64,000 nt of DNA from the NCBI GenBank assembly GCA_964458415.1, contig CAYWIT010000001.1:120207-184206 (forward strand), read 5' to 3'. Shown one piece after another: positions 9,437-19,317 of this stretch (its first letter is position 1; every line of letters begins with the position of its first letter). Under the pieces are notes generated by a model, which saw only the letters and a program-made list of their open reading frames with translations, had not been told where the DNA came from and made no database searches. The stretch comes from an uncultured Rhodospirillaceae bacterium. GTDB taxonomy: Bacteria; Pseudomonadota; Alphaproteobacteria; Micavibrionales; UBA2020. Made by a program: the position numbers and the translations under genes.

Positions 9437-10816
9437 TTATCCCCCGTTTCCGCTGGCAGCAAAGCCGGAATCGCCGTATTCCTTCAGTTTGTTGCGAAGG
9501 GTGCGAATGGAAATGCCTAAAATATTTGCGGCATGGGTCCTGTTGCCCAGGCAATGATCCAGTGTATTCAGAATCAGCTGGCGTTCGACGTCTGCGACGG
9601 TCCTGCCGACAAGGGGCGCTGCTTCTGCGGCATTGTTATTGCCGCCTGCGACGGCAAGGGCCTTTTCGGCAGTGATCTGGACGGTTTTATCCGCTACCTG
9701 TGCCTGTGGTGCGGATTTTTGTCCGGAAATCATGATGGCGCTGTCTTCGATTTCGTCGCTTTGCGCAATCAGGACGGCGCGGTGCATGGCATTTTCCAGC
9801 TCGCGTACATTTCCGGGCCAGTTGTGGGCCTGCAGTTTTTGCGCGGCAGCGGCAGAAATCTTTCGGGCGGGGATGCCGTTCTGCGCGCTGTATTTATCTG
9901 CAAACATCTGGGCCAGCGGCAGAATATCGGCCTGCCGCTCGCGCAGCGCGGGCAACGGCAGGTTGATCACGTTCAGTCGGAAATAAAGATCTTCGCGGAA
10001 TTGTCCGTTGCGCACTGCCTCTTCCATGTCCCGGTTCGAGGTGGCGATCAGGCGGATGTCGATTTTAACCGGGGCGCTGCCTCCCACACGGTCAATGACG
10101 CGCTCCTGTATGGCGCGCAGCAGCTTGGCTTGCAATCCGGGGTGCATCTCGCTGACCTCGTCCAGCAGCAGCGTGCCGCCGTTGGCTTCCTCGAATTTCC
10201 CGAGACGGCGCGCGACGGCGCCGGTAAAAGCGCCTTTTTCATGGCCAAAGAGTTCGGATTCCAGCAGGGATTCCGGAATCGCTGCGCAATTGAGGGAAAT
10301 AAAAGGGCCGTTGGCGCGTTTGCTTTTCTTGTGAATGTAGCGTGACATGACTTCTTTTCCCGTGCCGGATTCGCCGGTAATGAGCACGGTCGCGTCGGAA
10401 GGCGCGATGCGGTCGGCGATTTGCAGCACCGCCTTCATGGAAGGATCGCCGGCGATCATCGTGCTGCTTTCTTCGGTCACGGCCTGCAATACGGCGGCGA
10501 TAAGCTCCGCATTGGGGGGCAGGGGGATGTATTCCTTGGCTCCCGCCTTGATGGCGCGCACGGCTGCAGCCGCATCGGTATCAATGCCGCAGGCCACGAC
10601 CGGCGCTACAAAGCGTTCGGCTTTGAGTTGTTCGATAAAGCCGGCGATATTCTGCTTGACGTCAACCATGATCAGGTCGGCCCCTTTGCCGGAGCGGAGC
10701 GCGCCCATTGCCTGGTCAATATCCTCGGTATGGGTGACCTTCGCGCCACGGCCAAGGGCGATCTTCCCCGCCGTGCTGATTTGTCCGTTCAGGCTGCCGA
10801 CAATCATCAAACGCAT
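9437..10816 (-). CDS. flbD: Sigma54-dependent flagellar activator (FlbD/FleQ-like, receiver-AAA+-Fis HTH)
   Basis: 459 aa. GESGTGKE Walker A, GAFTGA sigma54-contact loop, C-terminal HTH AANILGISIRTLRNKLKEY, degenerate N-terminal receiver. Confidence 0.85.
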   Translation of the reverse strand: MRLMIVGSLNGQISTAGKIALGRGAKVTHTEDIDQAMGALRSGKGADLIMVDVKQNIAGFIEQLKAERFVAPVVACGIDTDAAAAVRAIKAGAKEYIPLPPNAELIAAVLQAVTEESSTMIAGDPSMKAVLQIADRIAPSDATVLITGESGTGKEVMSRYIHKKSKRANGPFISLNCAAIPESLLESELFGHEKGAFTGAVARRLGKFEEANGGTLLLDEVSEMHPGLQAKLLRAIQERVIDRVGGSAPVKIDIRLIATSNRDMEEAVRNGQFREDLYFRLNVINLPLPALRERQADILPLAQMFADKYSAQNGIPARKISAAAAQKLQAHNWPGNVRELENAMHRAVLIAQSDEIEDSAIMISGQKSAPQAQVADKTVQITAEKALAVAGGNNNAAEAAPLVGRTVADVERQLILNTLDHCLGNRTHAANILGISIRTLRNKLKEYGDSGFAASGNGG

Positions 10817-10820
10817 TGTT

Positions 10821-11135
10821 TTATGACCTGTCCGATTTGATGATTTCTGTCATGGTGACGCCGAGTCGGTCTTCAACGACGATAACTTCGCCGCGCGCGA
10901 CGAGGCGGTTATTGACATAGATGTCGATCGCTTCGCCGACCTTGCGGTCCAGCTCGACCACGGCGCCCCGTCCCAGTTTTAAAAGCTGGCTGACCTGCAT
11001 GGTGGATTTGCCAAGCACGGCGGAAATCTGGACGGGAATGTCATAGATGGCGTCGATGTCCTGTTTGCGGGCTTCGCCGCTGCCGCTGCCTTGAACCTCG
11101 TCGAACTCGACTCCCTGTTTTGTGTCGTTGGTCAT
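10821..11135 (-). CDS. fliN: C-ring protein FliN
   Basis: 104 aa. SpoA/FliN domain (LDRKVGEAIDIYVNNRLVARGEVIVVEDRLGV). Confidence 0.9.
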   Translation of the reverse strand: MTNDTKQGVEFDEVQGSGSGEARKQDIDAIYDIPVQISAVLGKSTMQVSQLLKLGRGAVVELDRKVGEAIDIYVNNRLVARGEVIVVEDRLGVTMTEIIKSDRS

Positions 11136-11157
11136 TGCTTTCTCCGGTTGTTAAGGG

Positions 11158-11784
11158 TTATTTCCTGTTATCGTCCATCGTGGATTTTATGCCTGCAATC
11201 GCTTTGGTGAATTCGGTTTCGATTTGCATGTAAAGCCGTTCGTAGATACGTTCCGCGCCGCCATCCGACCATTCGACGCGACAGTCCGTTTCTGCGATGG
11301 CGTCGTCGGCCAGCAGAATTATTTTTCCGGCATAGCCTTTTTCGAGGGCCATCGCGTCGATTTTTTCTTTGAGGGCGGTAAGATGCGCGGTGGGTACGGT
11401 GACGGCGATGCGGGGTTCGTCCCGGCGCTGTTCAATTGCGGCCAGAATGACACTCTGGATTTCTTCCAAAGCGCAGGTGCGGGCAAATTGCGGCAAGAGC
11501 TTGTGCGCAATGCGCATGGCGAGGGTTGCGGCGTCGATGGTTTTTTCCGCTTCGCGCCGATCCTCTGCGGCGGCCAGCTTTTCAACCCGGGTTGAAATTT
11601 CCTGTAGGGCTTTGACGATTTGCTCTTCTTGCGCCTGCCGCGCCTCGTGCAGGCCTTCCTGCCGCCCTTGCGTCACGCCTTGCTGGCGGGCCAAAGTCAT
11701 CTGCTCTTCGGAGTAGACGGGCTGTGCCTCCGTCTCCGGTTTCGTCTTGTCGAAATCGTGCGTATCAAACAGAAACTTTTTCAT
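11158..11784 (-). CDS. fliH: Flagellar export regulator FliH
   Basis: Position between fliG and fliN. Coiled-coil N-terminus plus FliH-like C-terminus (AETDCRVEWSDGGAERIYE). ATG at 11784 chosen (GAGGAA RBS, just after the fliG stop) rather than the tracked 11859. Confidence 0.6.
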   Translation of the reverse strand: MKKFLFDTHDFDKTKPETEAQPVYSEEQMTLARQQGVTQGRQEGLHEARQAQEEQIVKALQEISTRVEKLAAAEDRREAEKTIDAATLAMRIAHKLLPQFARTCALEEIQSVILAAIEQRRDEPRIAVTVPTAHLTALKEKIDAMALEKGYAGKIILLADDAIAETDCRVEWSDGGAERIYERLYMQIETEFTKAIAGIKSTMDDNRK

Positions 11785-11797
11785 TTCCTCGTCATTT

Positions 11798-12814
11798 CTA
11801 GTAAATGAGCTCACCTTCGTCCTTGCTTGTAACGATTGTAATCTCGCCTCTGTCGGCAAGATCTTTTGCTGTATTGACCAGGCTCTGCTGAGCTTCCTCG
11901 ACGTCTTTCAGGCGCACGGGACCCATGGCGGCCATATCCTCTTTCATGATCTTGCCAGCGCGTTCGGACATGTTGGAGAAGAAAAGATCTTTCATCGCGT
12001 CGGAAGCGCCTTTCAGCGCCAGCGGCAGTTTTTCCTTGTCGGCCGAACGGACAATCGTCTGGATCGCGCTCGGGTCAAGCTTGCCGAGGTCTTCAAATGT
12101 GAACATCAGGCTGCGGATCTTCTCGGCGGATTCGGGGCTGCGCTCTTCCAGATTAACCATGAATTTGCTTTCAGTGGCGCGTTCGAGGTTGTTAAAGATT
12201 TCAGCCATAATCTCGTGAGAGTCGCGGCGGCTCGTGCGCGCAAGATTGGACATGAATTCCGTGCGCAGCGTTTTTTCGACGTCATCGATGACTTCTTTCT
12301 GGACGGCCTCCATGCGCAGCATCCGCATGACGACCTCCATGGCGAAGCCTTCCGGCAGCTGGGCCAAAACGCGGGCGGAGTGCTCGGGAGTTATCTTGGA
12401 CAAAACCACGGCGACGGTCTGTGGGTATTCTTTTTGCAGATAGCTGGCAAGAATGTCCTCGTTAACGTTGCTCAGCTTTTCCCACATCGTACGTCCGGCA
12501 GGGCCGCGGATTTCCTCCATGATCGTATCTACCTTGTCCTTGCCGAGAACGCGAGCAAGGAGGCGCTCTGTACTGTCAAGCGAGCCGACAAGGGAGCTGG
12601 TAGAAGAGATGCTTTCCGCGAACTCAACGAAAAGCCGTTCGATAACGCTGGCGCTGACTTTGCCGAGGTTCGACATGGTTTGCGAGAGCTGGAGAATCTC
12701 TTCCTCGTCAAGCTGCTCGAAAACGCGTGCCGTATGCTCTTCGCCGAGCGAGAGCAGCAGGATGGCCGATTTTTCCGTGCCGGTCAGGGTGCGGTAGTCT
12801 TCACGGACGCGCAT
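11798..12814 (-). CDS. fliG: Rotor switch protein FliG
   Basis: FliG family sequence including MFTFEDL. Start at 12814 (AGGAAGGA RBS, 18 nt after the fliF stop) preferred over the tracked 12853. Confidence 0.93.
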   Translation of the reverse strand: MRVREDYRTLTGTEKSAILLLSLGEEHTARVFEQLDEEEILQLSQTMSNLGKVSASVIERLFVEFAESISSTSSLVGSLDSTERLLARVLGKDKVDTIMEEIRGPAGRTMWEKLSNVNEDILASYLQKEYPQTVAVVLSKITPEHSARVLAQLPEGFAMEVVMRMLRMEAVQKEVIDDVEKTLRTEFMSNLARTSRRDSHEIMAEIFNNLERATESKFMVNLEERSPESAEKIRSLMFTFEDLGKLDPSAIQTIVRSADKEKLPLALKGASDAMKDLFFSNMSERAGKIMKEDMAAMGPVRLKDVEEAQQSLVNTAKDLADRGEITIVTSKDEGELIY

Positions 12815-12831
12815 GTTTCGTTCTTCCTTCC

Positions 12832-14550
12832 TTAGCTTTCCTGCGACATCCACTGACGGATGACGGAGACGGATTCATTGGGGTGGCTGGTGACCAGTTC
12901 GCTGACCTTCTGGACGGAGGAGGCCTTGACCTTGCCTTCGACAGCGGACATATCCACCATGGATTCAAATTCGTTCTCATCGACCCCGCCGCCCGGCGGA
13001 GCCAGTTGTGCCGTCACGCCGCCCTGCGCCATGAGCAGGGCGGTTTCTTCATCGGCGGTGGTTCTGGAACCCTCTCCGCTGCGGGCCATGCCGTTGGCAA
13101 AATGCGTTGCCAGCGGGCGCAGGACGAGGAGAATGACAAGGACGGCGACAAGGCTGAGCGCCAGTGTTTCGGCCATGCCGAGAACATCAGCTTTTGCAAA
13201 CCCCATCAGCGTATCGTCCTTGAGCGGCGCTTCCCCGAAATCGGCTTCGGCGAACTGCATATTGACGACTTCGATGGTATCGCCGCGCGATTCATCGTAA
13301 CCGGCCGCCGATTTGACCAGAGAAGCGATCTTGTCGAGTTCTTCTTGTGAGCGGGCCGTATATTTCCGGGGCGGTGTCCAGTCTTCCGCGGCCCCTTCCG
13401 GTTTTGTCACGGTCATATCCGGTTCATAGCGGCCATCCACCAGAACGGCAACGGAGAGCTTCAGGACTTTGCCGCTTTCCTTGACGGTGCTTTCAATGGT
13501 CTTGCTGATCTCATAGTTGGTCGTTTCTTCCGTCCGGTTGCTTTTGACACCGGCAACGCCCGCGGTTCCGGCGCCGGTGCTGGCCGGCAATCCGGGGAGG
13601 TTGTTTTCAACGGTAACGCCGGCACCGGCACCGGCGCCGGTATTGTCGATATTGTCTTCGGTCACGCTCTGCGTCGAGCGGACGACCTGCCCGTCCGGAT
13701 TGTAGGATTCAGAATTGCGGGTGACAACATCAAAGTCGAGATCGGCGGTGACGGTGGCGCGGACCTTGCCGTAACCGACAATGCGGCCGATCATGTCTTC
13801 AATGGAACGGGTCAGGCGCATTTCATATTTTTGCCGCAGGTCTTCGCCGTTGCGCGAAGCCATGTCATCGTTATCGCCGTCGCCGCGGGCGAGGAGCGAG
13901 CCATTCTGGTCGATAATCGCGACGTGATTTGATTTCAGCTGGGGGACGGCGGCGGCGATCAGATGCTGGATCGCCTGAATTTGTTCCTGCCCCAAGGCCG
14001 AGCTGTTGCGAATGTTCAGAAACACGCTGGCACTGGCAGGACGGGTTTCGCGGCTGAAAAGCTCGCGCTGGGGCAAAACGAGATGCACACGGGCATTGCG
14101 GATCTGGTCAATTGTTCCGATCGTGCGTGACAGCTCGCCTTCCAGCGCACGCAGCTGGCTGATGTTTTGCTGGAAGCTTGTTGTGCCAAAGGCCTGTTTT
14201 TTATCAAAAATCTCATAGCCCATTGAGGCCCGGTGCGGCAGGCCTTCCTGGGCAAGAAGCATGCGGGCCTTGCCGATATCTTTTTGCGGAACGGAAACCT
14301 GCGTGCCGTTATCGTTGAGCTTGTATTGAATATTTGCGTTTTCAAGCTTGGCAGCGATTTCAGTTGAGTCGGCCGTCGATAATTCTCCGTAGAGAATGGT
14401 CAGGGTAGGGGTGCTGGAGCGCAGGGCGATAAAGATAAAAAATATGATCAGGCCAAAAAATGTGGCCAGCATCATGACGAGGCGACTTGCGCCCAGATTT
14501 TTAAGTGTCTCGAGAAAAGAATCCACGTCGCCCACCTTGCTCTGAAACAT
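12832..14550 (-). CDS. fliF: MS-ring protein FliF
   Basis: 572 aa. N- and C-terminal TM segments flank a periplasmic ring domain. First gene of the long minus-strand operon. Confidence 0.93.
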   Translation of the reverse strand: MFQSKVGDVDSFLETLKNLGASRLVMMLATFFGLIIFFIFIALRSSTPTLTILYGELSTADSTEIAAKLENANIQYKLNDNGTQVSVPQKDIGKARMLLAQEGLPHRASMGYEIFDKKQAFGTTSFQQNISQLRALEGELSRTIGTIDQIRNARVHLVLPQRELFSRETRPASASVFLNIRNSSALGQEQIQAIQHLIAAAVPQLKSNHVAIIDQNGSLLARGDGDNDDMASRNGEDLRQKYEMRLTRSIEDMIGRIVGYGKVRATVTADLDFDVVTRNSESYNPDGQVVRSTQSVTEDNIDNTGAGAGAGVTVENNLPGLPASTGAGTAGVAGVKSNRTEETTNYEISKTIESTVKESGKVLKLSVAVLVDGRYEPDMTVTKPEGAAEDWTPPRKYTARSQEELDKIASLVKSAAGYDESRGDTIEVVNMQFAEADFGEAPLKDDTLMGFAKADVLGMAETLALSLVAVLVILLVLRPLATHFANGMARSGEGSRTTADEETALLMAQGGVTAQLAPPGGGVDENEFESMVDMSAVEGKVKASSVQKVSELVTSHPNESVSVIRQWMSQES

Positions 14551-14830
14551 TCCTGAAGGGGGATTCCGCGCGTTTATAAAAAACCCTTAAAACCCCATAC
14601 TTCGTAGAATAACCAAATTTCTCCCACTAGGCAAATTTTGCCTCATTTATCTTTATCATTTATAAGTATGCAAAATCTTCGCCTTTTGTTCTCATATACT
14701 TGCCAGACCGGAATATTCCAGGTTCAGGCACATTATTTAATATTACATATTAAAAATTGAAAAGATTATAATAAATCAATGCTTTTTAGCTATCTGTTTC
14801 GATGCGTAATGTATTATCACTTTTAAAGTA

Positions 14831-14867
14831 TTAACAAACTATTAATAAAGAATTAACAAAGTATTAA
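14831..14867. promoter_or_regulatory. Array of four phased CtrA-type half sites (TTAA-N7-TTAA-N7-TTAA-N7-TTAA)
   Basis: TTAAcaaactaTTAAtaaagaaTTAAcaaagtaTTAA read directly. Half sites at 14831, 14842, 14853 and 14864 (11-bp phasing), in the AT-rich fliF/flaG intergenic region. Confidence 0.5.
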
Positions 14868-14996
14868 TGAAATATTTACAAGAAGAATTTAAGTAAACAT
14901 CCTGTTTTATATCATTTTTTCCTTGAAAAAAGGCGGAGACTGCGATAGCATAGGAAGTGTGGGAGTGTATTATCAACGTGTGTGGAATCATAGAAT

Positions 14997-15434
14997 ATGA
15001 TTGAAGCTGTCAGCACATCGCCGGTTCAAAGTGGTTCCCTGAGACCCCCGTCTCAGAACGGGACCCCTTCGCCTGTAGTAGAGGCGGCTGTGCAGGCTGA
15101 CGCTTTCTTTATCAGTTCCCGTATTCGTGTTGATACCGAGCTGGACAAAGCCATACTGGAATTCCGTTCCAGTGAGACTGGCGATGTTATCCGCCAATAC
15201 CCGACTGAATCGCAGATAAGGGCCTTTCAGCGCGCCTCGCAAATAGCGGCAGAGAAGGAGGCAGTAGCCTTGTCCTCTCAGGGGGCGCAGGTGGAGCAGC
15301 AGCCGTCTTTGGCCGATACGCATCAGCCGGCCCCTGTTGCGGCAGCGGCGTCTGTTGAAACAGGGGGCGCTGTTGCACCGACTTCCCCGTCTTCCGCAGG
15401 CGAAGCGACGGCGGCACAATCCGTTCTGGTTTAA
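14997..15434 (+). CDS. flaG: FlaG-family flagellar protein
   Basis: 145 aa. Core LEFRSSETGDVIRQYPTESQIRAF matches the FlaG signature (ETGEVIRQIP-type). Confidence 0.6.
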   Translation: MIEAVSTSPVQSGSLRPPSQNGTPSPVVEAAVQADAFFISSRIRVDTELDKAILEFRSSETGDVIRQYPTESQIRAFQRASQIAAEKEAVALSSQGAQVEQQPSLADTHQPAPVAAAASVETGGAVAPTSPSSAGEATAAQSVLV

Positions 15435-15460
15435 TCCCGATTTTTTGATAAATCCTGACT

Positions 15461-15934
15461 TTAGATCAGGCTATCCGTTGATTTCTCCGCAGGCTTTTGA
15501 TTTTGCGGTGCGGGGGTGCCTGCGTTCTTTTCCGGTGTAGCTGTTGCGGCTTGTTTCATCAGGCCTGCCGCGATGTTGCGATTGATATCAACGAGCGCCT
15601 TGATTTTTTCCGGCTGGGTATCAATCAGAATATCCTTTGTGCGCTTGAAGACGAAGAGCCCGAGAGAAGCGATGTTGTTTTTGACTTCCAGCGGCAGCGG
15701 GTGCTCGGCGTTCATGGTTTCCGCGACAAAGATCGTCCAGAGCTTCTGGTTGTATTCAAGCGTCTCCCCAATTTCCGTCACAGAAATTTTTTCGCCCTGT
15801 TTCAGGCGGTCGGCCAGATCCTCCAGCTTCAGGGCGGCTTTCATCAGGATTTTTCCTTCCAGCGCCCGCTGGTCGGTGGCCGCTGCTGTGGCGCCATAGG
15901 CATCGGAAGCTGTCAAATAGGGATTTTTAGACAT
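15461..15934 (-). CDS. flaF: Flagellin synthesis regulator FlaF
   Basis: Start MSKNPY overlaps the flbT stop by 8 nt. This is the FlaF family position in the flbT-flaF pair next to a flagellin gene. Confidence 0.8.
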   Translation of the reverse strand: MSKNPYLTASDAYGATAAATDQRALEGKILMKAALKLEDLADRLKQGEKISVTEIGETLEYNQKLWTIFVAETMNAEHPLPLEVKNNIASLGLFVFKRTKDILIDTQPEKIKALVDINRNIAAGLMKQAATATPEKNAGTPAPQNQKPAEKSTDSLI

Positions 15935-16310
15935 TTGCAAGCAGCTCCCTTTCATGTTCTATCAGGTTGCGGGATTCCTTCATCGCCTTGTAATATTCCC
16001 CTTTCAGGAGATGGTCGCCGATCTTCATGAAAAAGAGGACGGTGCTGGGGGCGGCGGTTTCGATTTCTGCAGCCTGTTTGAAGAAAAGTTCGTGCAGCGT
16101 TTCCGGCTGCGAAGAAAGATACATCAGCTGGATGATAAGATAGATTTTCTTGCAGGGTGAATTTGCATCCTCTTCCCGCATAATGTCCTTTTCGCGCAGA
16201 ATCGGGGAATCTCCCTCGATATGCAGGCGGGTGCGGGCGCTGTCATTGGTAATCAGCGCGTTGCCGATGATGATTCTTTCCGAAGGTTTGAGGTCGATGA
16301 TGAGCGCCAT
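15927..16310 (-). CDS. flbT: Flagellin translational repressor FlbT
   Basis: 127 aa. N-terminus MALIIDLKPSERIIIGNALITN is characteristic of FlbT. Confidence 0.85.
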   Translation of the reverse strand: MALIIDLKPSERIIIGNALITNDSARTRLHIEGDSPILREKDIMREEDANSPCKKIYLIIQLMYLSSQPETLHELFFKQAAEIETAAPSTVLFFMKIGDHLLKGEYYKAMKESRNLIEHERELLANV

Positions 16311-16421
16311 GAGATTCTCTCTGCTTTTGAAGGTGAAGTTCTTTCACCGCTGTATTCCTCCATTATGCCACAAAGCGTTTAAGAAACAAATAAAAATCCT
16401 GTGAGTGGCGGGCTGGCGTAA

Positions 16422-16455
16422 TAAAAAGAGCCGGTGGCACGATGGCCACCGGCTC
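16422..16455 (-). terminator. Rho-independent terminator after the flagellin gene
   Basis: 11-bp perfect stem GAGCCGGTGGC/GCCACCGGCTC with a 6-nt loop, followed on the minus strand by TTTTTATTA. Confidence 0.7.
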
Positions 16456-16485
16456 CTTTCATATTTAGTAATCCTGTCTGGACTA

Positions 16486-17313
16486 TTAGAACAAGCGCAG
16501 TACGGACTGTTGCGCCTGGGAAGCCATCGACAGAGAGGTGATGCCCAACTGTTGTGCCGTTTGCAGGGCCAGCAGTTTTGCGCCTTCCTCGTTCTGGTCG
16601 GCCAGGGTCAGTTTGTCCGAACCTTCCTTGAGCAGGTTGACAAGGCTTTTGGTGAAGTCTTCACGTGTCTGGATTGTCGTCAGATTTGTACCAAAAGTAC
16701 GGGCTTGTGCACGGACGGTGCTCAGGGCGGCATCAATCTGTCCCAGTGACGTTGTGGCACCGGCAGCACCACCCCAAGCAGCGGCAGCAGCAGCAACCGT
16801 TAACGAGGTGGAGTCAAAGGCAACGCCAGTAATCGCCAGTGTATCCGACCCGTCTTCGTTGAAGGTCACGGTCAGGTCACCACTGTCGAGCAGGTTGGTA
16901 CCACGGTATCCGGCATCGTTGATGTAGGAGTCCAACTGCGTTCTCAGGCCGTCAAAGCTAGCCTCAAGAGAGGCCTGATCAGCAGGAGCACCACCGGAAG
17001 CGCTTGCTTGGTCAAACGCTTCCTGAGCGATAGCTTTCATCTGCTCCAGCGTTGACGTGATTGCCTTGATACCTTCATCAGCGGCTTTCAACACCTGAAT
17101 AGCCTGTCCGATACCATCAAGACGGTTGGTCAGGTCGTTAGCGCGGTTGGTGACGGATTGAGAAGCGAAGAAGGCACCAGCGTTATCAAGAGCGCTGTTG
17201 ACTTTTTTGCCGGTCGCGAGGCGAAGCTGGGTTGAGTCGAGAAGTCTTTGCGTGCCCTGCAAGCTCAACAGGTTCGAACGGAGGGCAGCAGTAAGGGTTA
17301 CATCAGCCATGGC
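16486..17313 (-). CDS. Flagellin (short alphaproteobacterial type)
   Basis: About 275 aa from MADVTLTAALRSNLLSLQ. Conserved flagellin N- and C-terminal helices (…ASQAQQSVLRLF). Confidence 0.9.
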   Translation of the reverse strand, partial: AMADVTLTAALRSNLLSLQGTQRLLDSTQLRLATGKKVNSALDNAGAFFASQSVTNRANDLTNRLDGIGQAIQVLKAADEGIKAITSTLEQMKAIAQEAFDQASASGGAPADQASLEASFDGLRTQLDSYINDAGYRGTNLLDSGDLTVTFNEDGSDTLAITGVAFDSTSLTVAAAAAAWGGAAGATTSLGQIDAALSTVRAQARTFGTNLTTIQTREDFTKSLVNLLKEGSDKLTLADQNEEGAKLLALQTAQQLGITSLSMASQAQQSVLRLF

Positions 17314-17507
17314 ATTTTCCTTTCCTAGGGTCATGCGGGTTTATAGACAAGATCAAGAGATACTCTCTCGACCATAGTTCATCATCTCATGGGGCTGGTT
17401 AACAAAGTCTTTAACAGGGAAAATAAAATTAACATCTTGATTTATAAGGGTAATATAAAAATCATGCAGGGTCTTTCATGGTGCGGAAAGAATCAGCGCC
17501 AAAAGGG

Positions 17508-17542
17508 AAAGGCCGCACAAACATTCTGTTCATGCGGCCTTT
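17508..17542 (-). terminator. Hairpin terminator after flgE
   Basis: 10-bp stem AAAGGCCGCA/TGCGGCCTTT with a 15-nt loop. Only a modest T-run follows on the minus strand. Confidence 0.45.
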
Positions 17543-17586
17543 GAGGGTGGTGGGTTCCTGTATTATTCTGTTACAGGAGAGGTGGA

Positions 17587-19254
17587 TTAACGCAGACGCA
17601 GCAACTCGGACGTCATCTCGTCGGCGGTACTGATCACCTTGGTATTCGCGGAATAGGCCCGCTGGGTGACGATCATTTTGGCAAATTCATCGGCCAGATC
17701 GACGTTGGCGGCTTCAAGGGCGCCGCTTTCGATTCCGCCGGCGCTGCCAAGTCCTGCCTCGCGCAGGTTGAAGTCACCTGAAGCGTCGGATTGGCGGAAA
17801 ACGTTTCCGGTCAGTTCGGCAAGCCCGTTGGCATTGGCAAAGGTGGCCACGGCCAGTTTATAGATCTTGGCGCTCTGGCCGTTACTGAACTGGGCGGTAA
17901 CAAAACCGTCGCGGTCAATTGAAACCCCGGTTCTCAGACCCAGCTCTGCACCGTTCTGCGTTGTCGAGATGACGTTATATTCACCGGAGAACTGGGAGAA
18001 ATTGGCCAGGTCAAAGTTGATGTCCTGCAGGTCCGCCCCGTTCCCCCAGTCGATGTTGTTGAGGGCAACCAGCACATCATCGTTTGTATCGGGAGTGGCG
18101 TTAAGGTGGCCGTTACCGGTAAAGTTAATCGATCCGGCGGTGACGATGGCGCCTTGTGGAGTCTTGAATTCCACATGCCACCAGCCTTCCGAGTTGGGAA
18201 CCTCATCCGGTGTTGCCAGCAATGTCGGTGCGGCCGGCGCCGTTGCTGCCGGGGCGCCTGCTGCCAGGCCAAAGCCTGTAAGCGGTGTGCCGGAGTTGTT
18301 GGCCAGAGAGATGTTTTCGCTGAGGTTACGGGCCTTGATTGTCATGAACCCGTTGCTGTCCAGCGTGGCGAAGGCTACCGGATCGCTGTTGACGTCGGTG
18401 ATCGCGTTGATCTGCGCCAGAATATCCGCCATGCTGTCTGTCGCGCCCACGGTGATTGTCGTTACGGCGGGCGAGGCAGAAGGAATGGTGATGTCAAAGG
18501 AGTCGCCGGCAGCGAAAGTGTAGCCGTTGACGATTTGCGTATCAATCGGCCCCGTGACCAGCGAAAGGTTGTCGCCGGCGCCGGTGGCGATGGCTGTCGG
18601 AGATTCGTGCTTGACGAAATTGATGGTCAGGTCGTGCCCTTCGCCGAGGGAGTCATAGACGCGCAGGCCACGGGTGAAATCCGGCGTGAATCCGGTTGCA
18701 ACCGGATAGGTGTCAAGCGATTCTCCGGCGTTCAGGTTGACAGCCAGTCCAGCCGAGGATGTCGGTTGTGTCAGGCCGCCCAGAAAGGCGACGTCGACGG
18801 GAACAAGCGATCCGATATCTGCCTGCGAGGCAGGGAGTCCGCCGTCCTGGTCCAGCGGCCAGCCGTAGAGATAAAAGCCGGACGTGTTCTGCAGGATGCC
18901 GTTGGCGTCTTCGGAGAAAGAACCGGCGCGGGTGTAGAGCGGTTCCGACTGTGAATCTGTTGCCGAGCGTTTGACAACGAAAAAGCCATTGCCGGAGATG
19001 GCGACGTCGGTGGATGAGTTGCTCTGCTGCAAAATGCCCTGTTGGTCGATACGCGCGTTCTGCACGGCGCGAACGGAACCCGGGCTGTAGAGGACGGAGC
19101 GGCTTTCGCTGGTGACGAGGCTCGAGAAAGCGGCGTCCGTGCGTTTGTAGCCGATCGTGCTGACGTTGGCGATGTTGTTAGAGATCATGCCGATGGACTG
19201 GGCTTGCGCCGACAGGCCCGAAACGGCGGTGAAGAGTGATCCGAAAACGCTCAT
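17587..19254 (-). CDS. flgE: Flagellar hook protein FlgE
   Basis: 555 aa. Rod/hook N-terminus (ISNNIANVSTIGYKR) and C-terminus (MIVTQRAYSANTKVISTADEM). Confidence 0.93.
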   Translation of the reverse strand: MSVFGSLFTAVSGLSAQAQSIGMISNNIANVSTIGYKRTDAAFSSLVTSESRSVLYSPGSVRAVQNARIDQQGILQQSNSSTDVAISGNGFFVVKRSATDSQSEPLYTRAGSFSEDANGILQNTSGFYLYGWPLDQDGGLPASQADIGSLVPVDVAFLGGLTQPTSSAGLAVNLNAGESLDTYPVATGFTPDFTRGLRVYDSLGEGHDLTINFVKHESPTAIATGAGDNLSLVTGPIDTQIVNGYTFAAGDSFDITIPSASPAVTTITVGATDSMADILAQINAITDVNSDPVAFATLDSNGFMTIKARNLSENISLANNSGTPLTGFGLAAGAPAATAPAAPTLLATPDEVPNSEGWWHVEFKTPQGAIVTAGSINFTGNGHLNATPDTNDDVLVALNNIDWGNGADLQDINFDLANFSQFSGEYNVISTTQNGAELGLRTGVSIDRDGFVTAQFSNGQSAKIYKLAVATFANANGLAELTGNVFRQSDASGDFNLREAGLGSAGGIESGALEAANVDLADEFAKMIVTQRAYSANTKVISTADEMTSELLRLR

Positions 19255-19317
19255 GGTAGTCTCCTTTCAGTGTTTCTAGCTCAATTCTAAAAAGTAATCT
19301 TGCAACTCCCGTGCCAG

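Noticed and set aside
14669-14764. 31-codon ORF (MQNLRLLFSYTCQ...) inside the AT-rich fliF/flaG intergenic island
   Set aside because: No RBS, and it is AT-rich sequence where such ORFs arise by chance. There is no supporting feature.
17387-17413. Possible promoter upstream of the flagellin gene: sigma28-like TAAA-N15-CCCCATGA or TTAA-N8-TTAAC on the minus strand
   Set aside because: Only 5 of 8 positions match the sigma28 -10 element, and the CtrA-like pair has the wrong spacing (N8). No sigma54 element was found either, so the flagellin promoter remains unassigned.
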